A stretch of 64,000 nucleotides of DNA from Entomortierella parvispora E1425. Lineage: Eukaryota; Fungi; Mortierellomycota. The first letter of the stretch is position 1; every line of letters begins with the position of its first letter. A model generated the notes under the pieces. The model saw only the letters and a program-made list of their open reading frames with translations, made no database searches and was not told where the DNA came from. The translations under genes and the position numbers were made by a program. This document shows positions 24,960 through 36,800 of this stretch, in pieces. The stretch spans positions 1 through 64,000 of the forward strand of contig BQFW01000006.1 in NCBI GenBank assembly GCA_020891255.1, written 5' to 3'.

Positions 24960-26950
24960 TAGAGGTAAAAGAAGTTGTAGTTGACGACAAAGGGAAGGAG
25001 TAGCGAGCAACGCGTGAGAAAGGAAGGACAAAGCGAGAGGAAACGCCCAAGCTTGCGTCAACACGAAAAGAAGAGACGAAAAGAAGAGAGCGAAAACGAA
25101 GACAGGGGCACAAAAGACCCGCTGATGTTTGATGCAAGAGTCGAGTTGGATGCATTGGGTCGGTTGAGACGGCGGCTGCAAGAGGTGAAAGAGTTGAGTT
25201 GGATTCACGAGAGGAGAAGGATGCACGAGATGAGAGATGAGAGATGCAACAGAGAAAAGAGATACAAAAAGGAAAAGGGATGCAGGAGACGAGAAATGCA
25301 AGAGAGGAGAAAGATTCAAAAAAGAAGACGGATGCGAGAGACGGGAGGAGAGGGGAAGGATGCAAGAGTCGCGGAGAAAGGAAGGATGCAGGAATTGAAA
25401 CGAGAGAGACGAGAGGAAAGGGATGCAAAAGTCGAGACGAAGAGGGATAGAGCAGACGAGAGGGAGGGATGCAAGAATTGTGGAATGCAGGAGACGAGAA
25501 GGTCGAAGGATTCAAGAGACAAGATGGATGCAAGAGACGAGATGGATGCAAGAGGCGAGATGGATGCAGAGACAAGATGGATGCAAGGGACGAGATGGAT
25601 GCAAGGGACGAGATGGATGCAAGGACGAGACGGATGGAAGGGATGAGACGGATGCAAGGGATGAGATGGAAGCAAGGGATAAAATGGATGCAAGGGGTAA
25701 GATGGATGCAAGGGACGAGATGGATGCAAGGATGAGACGGATGCAAGGAATGAGACGGATGCAAGGGATGAGATGGATGCAAGGGATGAGATGGATGCAA
25801 GGGATGAGATGGATGCAAGGGGTAAGATGGATGCAAGGGGTAAGATGGATGCAAGGGACGAGATGGAGAGGACGGGGTGAATGCAAGAGATGAGAGGGAT
25901 GGGTTGAGAGATGGCTAGAGACGGGAGGGAGACAGACGGAGAACAAGACACAAGTTCAAGGATGCTCCATCCAACAAACAACAACCGCCCCGCTTCTGGC
26001 CTCTTTTTTTTTCTTTTTTTTTTTCTTGGCAAAAAGACACTGAAAGGCTGCACTTCCCCCATCCAAAAGAACAATGGTCTTGGGGGGGAAGAGGACAGGA
26101 GGAAAGAGAAGAGGAGGGACAAGAGACAAGAGAAGATGAGGGACAAGAGGGAGGAGTAGAGGAAGAACAAGAGGAAAGAGAAGAAGAGGGGCAAGAGAAG
26201 AGGAGGGACAAGAGGTAAAGACAGGACAAGAGCTGGGACAAGAGGAGCGAGGAGAAGGAAAAAGAAGAGAAGGAAGGGGGACATGACGCGAGTGATGGAC
26301 AGGGACGTCTTTCTGTCTGGCGGCCCGCCCGCAAGCGGATCCAGCGCGGATCCAACAACAGCTGAGACAAAAAAGGCAAAGTTCGATCAGTCTCGTCCAC
26401 GCGGAGGATCCCTGATTTTTAATTAGTTTTTTTTGTTGGCGCCAACAGCAGCCTCTTCATACCAAGACTTCATATCATTCATAGTTTGAGTGGACAGGCG
26501 TAACCTGTGGGGATGCAGACAGGGTTGTCACAATCCCACAGAGGAAGAGCGAGAAGGGTAAGAGGGGAGAGATCAAGCAGACATGCGCAAGAGAGAAGGA
26601 AAAAACAGGGAAGGAAGAAAAGAAGCAATCAAGACTGACTTGTACTAAGACTGACGAACAAGAGGGAAGAGAAGAAAGGAAAGAAGGGAGAGAGAAGAAG
26701 ATAGGGACAGTTGAATGCAACAGACGAAAAAGCAATGCAAGAGAGGGGAAGACCAGACAAGCTTAGCGTAAAGGAGAAGACATCAGCGAAGGAAAAGAAG
26801 AGAAAGATTGACGAACAAGGAGGAAGAAAACAGAGGAGAAGGAAAGAAGAGCAGAGAGGGAAGAGAGGAGAGGAATAAGAAGTAAGGGAAGGGAAGGGAA
26901 GAGAGGGACAAGAGAGAGAAGAGGAGAGAGGGAGGAGAAGAGGGGAAAAA
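24960..26950. repeat. Purine-rich composite repeat, copy 2, with an 18-bp (GATGGATGCAAGGGATGA) array at about 25520-25870
   Basis: Directly visible tandem units and shared flanking motifs. Confidence 0.8.
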
Positions 26951-27029
26951 ACCGTCAACAGCTGTGTTCTGCAGGAACGATGATCCGTCCACGAGGGACA
27001 AGACAAACACAAAAATCTTTTTTTTTTGC

Positions 27030-28330
27030 GCCAGCGGCTGCCAAGTGCTCCTCCTCCTCCTCCTCCTCCTCCTCCTCCTCCTCCTCCTCCTCCTCCTCCT
27101 CCCTTTGGGTGGGCAAGTGCGCCGCACTGTGGGAATGCAGGAAGGGTTGCCTCAAGCAGTCGAGATCACGAGCAGAGTATTTGTCAACGCGATAGTTTTT
27201 TGCCCCGAATGTATCACACGTCCGTTCCTGCTGGGTGAGCTAATTCTGAGTTAAGCAGCGGTACCATAATCAAAGGGAGGGATGGAGGTACGTTTGGGTG
27301 TTCGGTGTAAGCGATCCAGTAGAGGAAACCTGTGGAAGGCGGATGAATGCTGGGGCCATGTCTGCCTTGCCACCTTGCCCTTTCGCGGCCAGAAGACTAT
27401 TCCACCAAATGTGCCAGCATTGCTCCACCAAGGTGCCTTGTGGACTTGAGTTGAGCTTTTGACTGCCAGGATCCTTTTTGGTGTGATCCGTCTTTACTCC
27501 AAAAAAAAATCTGTCAAGCCGAGCCGCTGCATGTCGTTGCATGTTGTTGCATCTCGACTTCATCCCAGTCCCTCCGTTCAAGCTGATTCTAAAACCCACT
27601 TGTGGATCGTGGTCCTTAGGCGTGTGATGGACTTTGTTACCGCTGTTCCAGTCGTCTCCCATGGTTTCTGGCTGCATTCCATCCAGGAAGCCCATTGCAT
27701 GCCGTGGCACTTCAATTCCATTCTGGAACCCTGCGTCAAGTTAAACTGCTCGATCCCTTCCAATTCGTCCCGGGACTGGGGGGGAGGGGGGAGAGAGTCT
27801 CTTACAACTCGCCCTCCTGTGGGTCTTGGGTCCAGGAGGCGAGTGGTGGCCCTGTTGATACCTGCGTCCTATTCCGCCACGCTTCCTGTCAACTTCCGGT
27901 TCCTGGGGTTGGCCTACTGTTAATTGGGCCGGTTGCAGGCCTGTGATGTATCCGAGATGAACCCAATGTTGAATCGGATAGAAGTCGAATGGAATAAAAG
28001 TCGATGCCAGTCGACATATTATTATTGAATGCGAGGCCGATTCCGGATGCCCATTCCGGATCGAATCTCAAATCTCGAATATTTGAGGACACCTGCTGCT
28101 GTGGACTCAAGCTACATGGCGTGAAAGCCATATTATTTGCATGCACTAGAACCAATTTGTAGAAAAGACTGCTGGGTGTGAGCCTGGATACAGGGTGTGA
28201 AAGCCATATTATTTGAATGCGCTAGAGCCAATCTGTAGAAAAGACCGCTGTTGGAGACCCTGGATGCACGGTGTGAAACCCAAATTTTTACATGCGCTAG
28301 AACAAATGTCCAGGTTCCTGATGGCATCAT
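27030..28330. repeat. Dispersed repeat family B, copy 2, with a (CCT)n expansion at 27048-27101 and three terminal subrepeats of about 70 bp
   Basis: Colinear with 18590-19780. Confidence 0.85.
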
Positions 28331-28719
28331 CAGATGGCTGCAACTGAGGACTATTATGAGCCAAGGTACCAGGATCCCAGGAGCTGTGTCGTCAATCCTC
28401 GGGCACAACAGACAAGGGACTAGCGACAGCGGCTGGGACCGACAACATCTGCGACAAACGAGCCCGATCGGTCCAAGCGGACAACAAAAAAAAAACGATG
28501 ACAGGTTCTTTTTCTTTTTTTTTGGAGGTAGCCGCTGCAAAGTGCGCATCCCAAGATCACATCACCCCTCGCCTGGGAAGTGGACATGCACAACCTGTGG
28601 TGAAGCAGTCAGGGCTGCCACGAAGGGAGGAGAGGGAGGAGAGAGGGAAGAGGAGCACAGACAAAATCAGAAGGACTCAGGGGTAATCTGCAGCGGGAGG
28701 GAAAAAAACAAGGACAGAG

Positions 28720-28990
28720 ACATGGGCAAGGCCTGTTCTTTTTTCTGCTTCCTCGACCGTTCCATCTCATCTCCTACCTCGCTCTTCCATCTTGCAACCT
28801 GCATCCATGCCATGCGCTTGCCTTACATTGCTCTTGCGCCGTCCATCTTGTCGTCTCCATCTTTCTCGACTCTTACATTCTCTCCGTCCTTTGTGTCCAT
28901 CTCGTCTCTTTCATCGTCCATGTCAATGTTGCCCTTCTCTCCTATTGCATCCCTCAAGTCCCTCCTCCGCACCATCTCTTTGAAAGGCCG
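28720..28990. repeat. About 280-bp dispersed repeat (partner at 6870-7150)
   Basis: Near-identical text. Confidence 0.85.
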
Positions 28991-29663
28991 ATGTGAGGAA
29001 GACAATTGAGTGTGTACCGAGGCAATAATGAACGGAGTCGATTCAGTTTAGCTTGTTTGGTTTGGAGAGGCAAGAAGTGCAGCACTCAAACAACAACGAA
29101 GGTTGGCCTAATCCCTCCCATGCTCGTGATGGAGAGTGACCACGGTCCGTTTGATTAGGATTGTTTGCTATTTTTTTTTCTCTTTGGTTGGTGACAGCTC
29201 GATGAGAACCGGTTCAATCCTTTTCCCCAGAGCTGGGTTGGATGGGCACCATCGACGAGAGTGTGTGGTACACAAAACTCAGATCTTTCTGTGTAAATTG
29301 GGAGCCCCTTATGTTACTGTGCTAGACCCATGTAAAATAAGGTATTTTTTTTCTCTTGGGTGGATCATAGCTCAACGAGTAATGGTGCAGTCTCCTTCCC
29401 ATTAGCTTCGTTGGAGGGGCACTATCAAGGACGGTGTATGATACTGGTTGTAGAACTGTGGGTTCAGTCGTAGAGCTCCGATGGACAGATATATACAAAG
29501 ATCTAATGACTGTGCTGGACCGATGCGTTTTTGTGGATCATAGCTCGATGCACTCCTGGGTGCATTCTTTCATTCAATTTCTCAATAACAAGAAAAAGGA
29601 CGAATATCAGCAGGCACTCCTGCACGCAAACAAGTAGTACATTTGTACACCCATGTAAAAATA

Positions 29664-30066
29664 GGGTATATCGAATTTGGTTGAGTGTGGTCACAAGTTG
29701 AATGTGACAAGTTACGCACTGAAGAGCAGGAGCTGCGAGGAGAGGAAGGTGGGCTTTCATCCAGGGCCGCAGTTGTCGCAGTGGATCGACGAGGTGGGTT
29801 CTCTGAAGTGTGAGCTGAGGGTGCAGACAGCTACCGGTCTCCATGTTCCCGCTTTTGCTTGCGCGTTGCGGGAAACAGGTACAGGGACCCAACAAAGTGC
29901 GCTGAAAGGCTGAGGCATGAGAGAGCCGCCTGGACTGAAGAGATGTTGGCAGTAGATTGCGTCGGACGAGGAACCGTGTGCATGAACAATGTCTCTATCC
30001 TGTTAGTGGAGTCTTCGTTCAGAACGGTTGGATCACTCGCCGCACTCAACTAAATTCGATATACCC
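29664..30066. mobile_element. 403-bp non-autonomous Mutator-type MITE
   Basis: Ends GGGTATATCGAATTT...AAATTCGATATACCC match the neighbouring MULE TIR. 9-bp TSD GTAAAAATA at 29655-29663 and 30067-30075. Confidence 0.92.
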
Positions 30067-30394
30067 GTAAAAATAAGCTAATTTGTTTCTCTTTGGTGGA
30101 TCATTGCTCAATGAATATTGGTTCGATCTCCTTCCCATTAGCTTCGATAGATGGGCACCATCAAGGAGGATGCATGGTACAAGTTGTATACCTTTTGGTT
30201 ATGAATGGCAGGATTAATGGTGATGCATGTACTATTGTTTGCCCTGATGGGCAGATGTACTCTTTTGAGAAATGGGCACCCCTTAAGTCTCAATGAGGAA
30301 TCGCCGTGGACGCGTTGGACGCGTTTGGGTGGTATTTTAGAATTGTGGTTTGTCCCAGTGTATTCTCCTGCCTGAAGAGACGAAGATATATCAG

Positions 30395-30534
30395 GGGTAT
30401 ATCGAATTTAGTTGAGTGTGCTCACAAGTTGAGTGTGGCATGTTACCTTAAATTCATCGGCACAGGTTGGTGGCGCATCCAATTACCTTAAATAAAATGG
30501 ATACGTCACCGAATCCATTTGAGGCCCATTCAGC
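30395..30534 (+). repeat. Left TIR of MULE
   Basis: Reverse complement of 38917-39056. Contains internal direct repeats GTTGAGTGTG x2 and TTACCTTAAAT x2. Confidence 0.95.
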
Positions 30535-32348
30535 GAAAAGCGCCACCAATCCGTCCCTTTTTTTTTTCCCCCTCTGCAGGATCGCGATGAACCTCTGTCT
30601 TTGTTCTCTCTCTCCTTCTCTTTCTCTTTCTCTTCATCTGCCCTAGTATTTATGTTCACATAACCTTCACATCCTCGAAGTCATCTCTTGTGATGCAACC
30701 ATTCTACTTTAGCGACACGTCCAACAAAGGCCCCCGAGGTGCAGAACACGTCTCATTTCATTCACATTTGGCAACACTCCAATTCTGTTGTCCCACCGGT
30801 GCAGTTGATATGGTCGGTTCCTCCTTGTAACTGTGTTAGATCACAAGTTCTAACTTGAGAGTCGTCACCATGGCCTAGCTTCGAGGGGACTTCGAGGCAT
30901 AGACGGTCTCAGCGTTATCAGCTTCAACAAGCTTGGCGTACAAACACTTGCAAGGGTTTATGAAGTGGGTGGATATCGTGTCACTAAACATTCTAGAAGA
31001 GGTCGACTATTTAAATTACGAGATGGGGAGAGTGTCAATGCCTTCGTGTGTTATGTTAGCAAAAGAAGTGACAACAAGATCAAAGAGAGCGACTCTGTAC
31101 AGTACATGTCACGAACGGTCGAACTGCCAAATATGGGACACGACGGTCTTTCCCAGCCCGTCGTGTAACATCAGATGTACCTGTTGTCACGGCCAAGAGC
31201 CCAGATCAGACTTCGACTCGACACACTTTCCTAGTATCATGACCCCCGATATAGTTGACATGAACTATAGAACATCAAGACCATGGAGCCCAAGGTCCAG
31301 CCCACTCTGTGTCAGCTTCAGCCTCCGTACCAGACCAGTCCCCACTTTGGTGTCCTCCTCAACTCATGATAAATAGCTAGGCCCTGTACTTCTCAGTCTC
31401 CAATTCACAATAAACCATATCTTTCCTCTCAGTGACAGTACACAGCCGCTGAGAGATCCCATTGTGTGTCTTCCCCTTTCCCTAACAACGTGTGAACTGC
31501 CCTTCACCCTCTGAGCTGCATCAGATCCCCAATCGTTTGTAGCTATACCGCGCCGTTAATATCGTTCTCCACCCGAGGTAGCGCGGACTGCACTGTCGTC
31601 TGACAACTCAGTTGGAATAGGCTAAGGCGACGGTCAGTGAAGTGAGCAAGGGGAATAAACGATTGAAAAGCATAGTAGATCTATGTGACCATGTTGTAGG
31701 CGAATTTGATACTGCAAAGTCAATGTTGGTAAAGTCAGGGTTGGCAAAATTAGAGGTTGAGGTACAAAACTGTAGGATCGCAGACGCGCTTTTATTGTAC
31801 CAATCCTCGCGAGAATCGATCTCGTCGCTGAGCTTGTTCAAAACTTGTGCAGCTCCGTGAAAATACTCCTTCCTTTACGAGAGGTCCAATTGAGCAAACG
31901 AGTAACGGCCTCGGCGACCCCGACAGTTCTGAACTTGGAGGCACATTGTCGCTGGCTTTGTGTCCAATGCGCGTCAGTGGTCCATCCACATTCAACCGCG
32001 ATTGAAAGCCTGGTTACCACAAGGATTTCAGCCAAAGAGCTTGCTGCAAACATGGTACTATTTACGAATCTACGCGCTTCCACGCACTTGAAGTGCTGGA
32101 CATCTTCACTACAAAAAAAAGGGAAAAAGAGCGAGGTATCGAACCTGGGTGCACAAGAGAGAGAAAAAAAAGGAGTCGCTCTACCCAAACTTGCAAAACC
32201 ACCACTGATTATTGAAATCCTCAAAATTGAGCACCATGTTATATCACTTGCATGACCACGTGACGCGAGTCTACTTTGCTTGCAGCACTGACAGCGAGAA
32301 GATTTACCGCCTCTTGACCCCCACCCCCATCCTTGAAGCGACCCAGCA

Positions 32349-33547
32349 ATGACACCCCATCGACAAAAGAGGATTATGAAGCCTAGCAGGAAGCTGGAGA
32401 TTAAACCGAACGCCTCATCGCATGAAAGGCGCGAATACTACGCCAAGGTATTCATGGACCCACCAAATGCAATGCAGCTCATGGATGGCAATTCAGGACA
32501 AGGTAGGGGAGCTTTAGCTATAGAAGTCCTTGATGTTTGCCCAGTCTACTCTCTCTCACAAGCTTGCCGAATCTTCCATTTGTAGATCTGCATAAAGTCG
32601 GAAGAATAACATCAGATGCTGCAGCTAGCCATGTTTTTCGCCTTTTTCAATTCAATGCAAATTGCACCAATCGCGAGAATATTTTCAGAGCTGTCCTTTT
32701 TCTCTACAAAAATCTCCGCGAACTTTCTCAGTTGCAGGACGAGGATTTTTATTTCTCTCACAGTAGAGATGGAGCAGGATTCAGGGATTTGGCGATGAGA
32801 CTTGCTGGGGCGGAACCGATACTGGCTGGCGTTACTGCAAGAGCGCTATTTCCTCTATATGAGCGTCTTGTGCAAGAACGAATAGGCCTGAGTCAACATA
32901 TTCTGTCTTCTGGGGATGCATGGGTCGACACACGAATGTCAGCAATGGTGCAGGAGATCGTGAAAATTGACGAGGAAATCAGACGCAGGGACGATCGGCA
33001 AAGGATCGCCAAAGGCGTGGAACCAAGAGATAAGATGTATATTCCTATAGGGAGGTCCCCGCCGTCACTATCAGAACCAACAACCCAGACCATGTCGAAC
33101 GGCAATCATCCTAGGCATTGCTCTTTGGAAAGGGACAGACAATCGCTCTCAGCCTCAACACGAGCCGACCCATGTCAGACCGAACTCCCGTCAAAAGTCC
33201 CAATGGCTGCTACAGAGTGCCCGCAGAGAACATATTCTTCAGCTGCTGACTATGTGGAAAACCTGAAGATTGAAGCCTTTTGGAACGGATTAGGTCATAA
33301 TTATTGCACATGCCAAGTTTGTGCCCTCTCGAGCAGCATTGTCAGCGGCGTCAACATCATCTTCAGCGACTTAGCAGCCCTCGTGAACGTCGTTCATCCC
33401 AGAGCGCACGAGTCCCCAGAGTCAGAAAGCAAACGCCGAAAGTTCGAACCTCTGCCCAAAAGCAGCGCGCAGGAATCACAGTCTCTCTGTTCCCGAGACT
33501 CAGAGCACGTTTTTGATGTAGTGGCTGAATCAGGATTAAAAACTTGA
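32349..33547 (+). CDS. MULE accessory protein of about 370 aa, possible Myb/SANT(trihelix)-like domain
   Basis: Exon 32349-32501, GT-AG intron 32502-32586, exon 32587-33547 in frame. FRDLAMRL...TARALFPLYERL...SSGD...MVQEI pattern. Confidence 0.55.
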
Positions 33548-33883
33548 TTTTTTTTGTGCCCTGTTCTCCTTCATGGCTCCCTATCCACTTTTTCGTGCTA
33601 CTCTATAACCGTATCCACTATTTTTTTGTTCATCGACGTTTTTGCGATAAGAGATTTGATGGGGCGTGGGAATGGGGTCGTTTTTGATTGTCGTATGACT
33701 AGTGCGGTCACCATCGTTTTTCAGCTTCAGAATTCACACTTTCTTTCAATCCCTACCAAAACCTCTCCCCCCCCACTACCCCCATGCCCTCCACCGTCGA
33801 TAAAGACTTCAGTCTATCTCTTAGTGTTGCTCGCCTACTCTCCTTGGATGGAAGACCTCGCCTTGAGAGTTCAGTCGTAAGGA

Positions 33884-36800
33884 TGGTGAATGATATTCTA
33901 GCCGTCAATTCGACACGACCTCTCGAGCGCGTCAACTCCGCTTCAGTCCCTGCCTCGGAGCGCGCCAACTCCGCCTCGATCCCTGCCTCGGAGCGCGCGA
34001 ATTCGCCTCCCCAAAGGCCGAGCTCGCCTCCTCAAAGGCAGAGCTCTCTTTCTCAAAGAAGTAGTGCATCACCCCAAAGGCGGAGTTCGTCTCCTGCCGC
34101 CGCCCACCGTATCGGCTCGTCCTCGCATCACTCCTTGGGGACAGCCGCCAAACGACCAGACCTTGGAAGCTTGAACGAGGGCCCAACATCTCAAAAATCA
34201 AGGCATCAAGTCTCCCTCGTGGTCGATTTCTTCGAACGAGGCGCTTTTCTCTGATGACGACGACTGGCAAGTTATTAGCCAAGAGAAAGGTGTGATCGTC
34301 ATCAGCGATGACTCCAGGTAAGTCTGATGAAAACTCTGCTACGCTAGCTGATCATTTTTTCGCTGCCCTTTATTCTTATTCTATTCATCCTTTCCACTGC
34401 TTGATAAGTGATGATGACGGCCAAGGGTAAGTCGTAAAATGCAAGGCCAGACTTCAGAAACGTTTCTGACTTGTGTTTGCACATCCACTATACTATATAT
34501 TTGCATTGATGTAGCTCTATGCCTCCTAGAGTCAGCTATGCTGACGCTTTGAAGCGGTCCACAGTACTTGCATCTCGGTAAGGGTTAGCTGTGGAACGAC
34601 GAGTTTGTACAATAGAACTGACCTTTAATGCTGGCTCCAACATTTTCTGTCCTTTTCTCTATTGCTTGCTCTCACCGTTACCCTGACCACAGCCCAGCAT
34701 CCTTGTTCCCAAATGACTCTAATGTCAGTTCATCTGGCAATCAAGGAAAGGCGATTTCAGTCGCCACTGAAGCTGCGCCTTGTACTGAGTAAGTAAAAGC
34801 AGCAGGTAAAGTTGTAATAGATAATGGGATCTTGGACCTGACTCCCTGTCTCTTCCCTTTTTTTTTTTTTTTTTTTTTTCTTGTCTTTTAGTGCAGTGTC
34901 CAACTCTTTTCCCTCCAACGTGGGTGGCTATTCGAATGAGCTTCAGGATCAACGTTGGGTTGACGTGCGTGTTATCCCCGGTCCCCCCAGTGAATCTGTT
35001 ATCCCTGGCGCTGTCAAAGTCGTCGCGCCCAGTGCCAGCTCTAAGCCTGATGTGATCAGTGCCGACACTACTCTCGGCGTCTCTACAAAGCGTGATAAGC
35101 CTGGCGTCAAAACATCAGGGTAAGAATTACGGGGAGGAAATCGTGCTGTGGTAGCACAATGAGACTCACAACTCGTTCTATTCGATTTCAGGGCTACACA
35201 TCGTTCATCTTCACTCGGATTGGCGCAGGTCATCTCTCGCACCCGCGAAAGAGGTGCTATTCTTGTTCCTGATGTACATTCTAGGAATAGGAGTGGGTAT
35301 GTTGCTGTGCCCATGTGCTGTTTTATTAAGATCAACGCTACATGCAAGGAGGGACAAAAATTTACAGGAGTTTTTTTTTCTTTTGAAAACGTTAGACTTA
35401 GTATGTTTTACCCGCCGACATTGACACAGACCAGTCCCTACACTCGAGGAGAAGATGTATCTTCTGAAGATGGGCCTCGATCTAGGTATGTTAGTATACG
35501 TTTCTTTCCATGATGCTATCCGACGAATTGATCTTCAAATGTCGGTCTCTAAGTTTTTTTTTGACCGCAGCCCTCTACACGAATCTTCGGATGAGTTCCC
35601 CAACGGTGATGTGCATCTGATACGACTACTTTCAGATTACAGTTCACTTCAATTGGCTCGCAGCGTTGGATGGGCAACGAAGGTCACCAGCCAATACACA
35701 CTGAGAACTTCCGGGAAAGTTATCCGCAAGCGCTGTCTCGGTGTGAGCCGATGCCCTCTCCCCTTACTGCCCTTATGTACGCCGACCAAAAGTCTCGGCG
35801 GCTGCTGAAAATACCACCTTCTCCTCAAGTCAACTATCACAGGAGCTGGAAGACGATGATGCCATTTGTCGTGTACACCAGTTACCACTAGAACCCACTG
35901 GCTGTAGTGCAACGATGGATTTGGTTCAGGCAGGAGTAGACCGCATTGAGCTCATCCACCGTGGGTTCCATGAGCATCCTAAACCGTTGCCCGCGCGTGC
36001 AAGTATGGTTGCTCTAAACGATCTTGAAACGATGGTCAACACAGCCCCAGAGGCGAAACCTAAACATCTCGTGATCGGAACCGCGACAAGACCTTCAATT
36101 TCTATCAAGCATCCGGTTCTCCACAATCTCGGCTATACGAGATACCTGCGATTGCGTTCCCTCAACCATGGGAAGACAACCGATAACCTTGGCGAGCTCG
36201 CAAATCTGGAATCCAAACTGGGATTCCATTTCCTTCAATCTCACAGTTTGGAAGCAAAGGCTGGTCACATTTGTGTGCAGACTGAATTTCTGCGTCAGCG
36301 TTGCCGTGGCCCTCTGACCCACATGCAGACAGACTCTTTCCACGGAGCGGTGTTTGAGATCCATATCAAAGACGCGAACATCACATGCACAGTTGCCTAC
36401 TGCGCCTTCGCCGCAAAGGTCATCCCAATTGTTATATCCGTCTTGTTTGGCAAATCCGCGGAGCACTACAAACGCCATTTTTCAGTCGTGCTACAGTCTC
36501 TTGAGTACAAGTCTTGGGAGGAGTTTGATGATAACTTCCCTGGTATGACCTGCGACTTCTCTGATGCCGAGCGAAAGGGATTCCAAGCCGCAATCGCCGA
36601 ACACTACAATGTCAGCGTTGATATTGTTTCACTTGAAGGGCATTACCAGTTTTGCACTGTTCATTACCGGCGGTCTTTACGACGCGTGTGTAGGGAAGCC
36701 TCTGTTATCCCTGCGGCAAGATCAGATGAATTTTATTTCATTGCTGAGAGTCTCACTCGGGAAGGTATGACTCTAGTCGAGTTTGAAGAGTCTGTTGCAT

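Noticed and set aside
24925-26400. ORFs with HPSHPL or MQGMRW repeats
   Set aside because: Translations of the 18-bp GATGGATGCAAG array in all frames; no coding signal.
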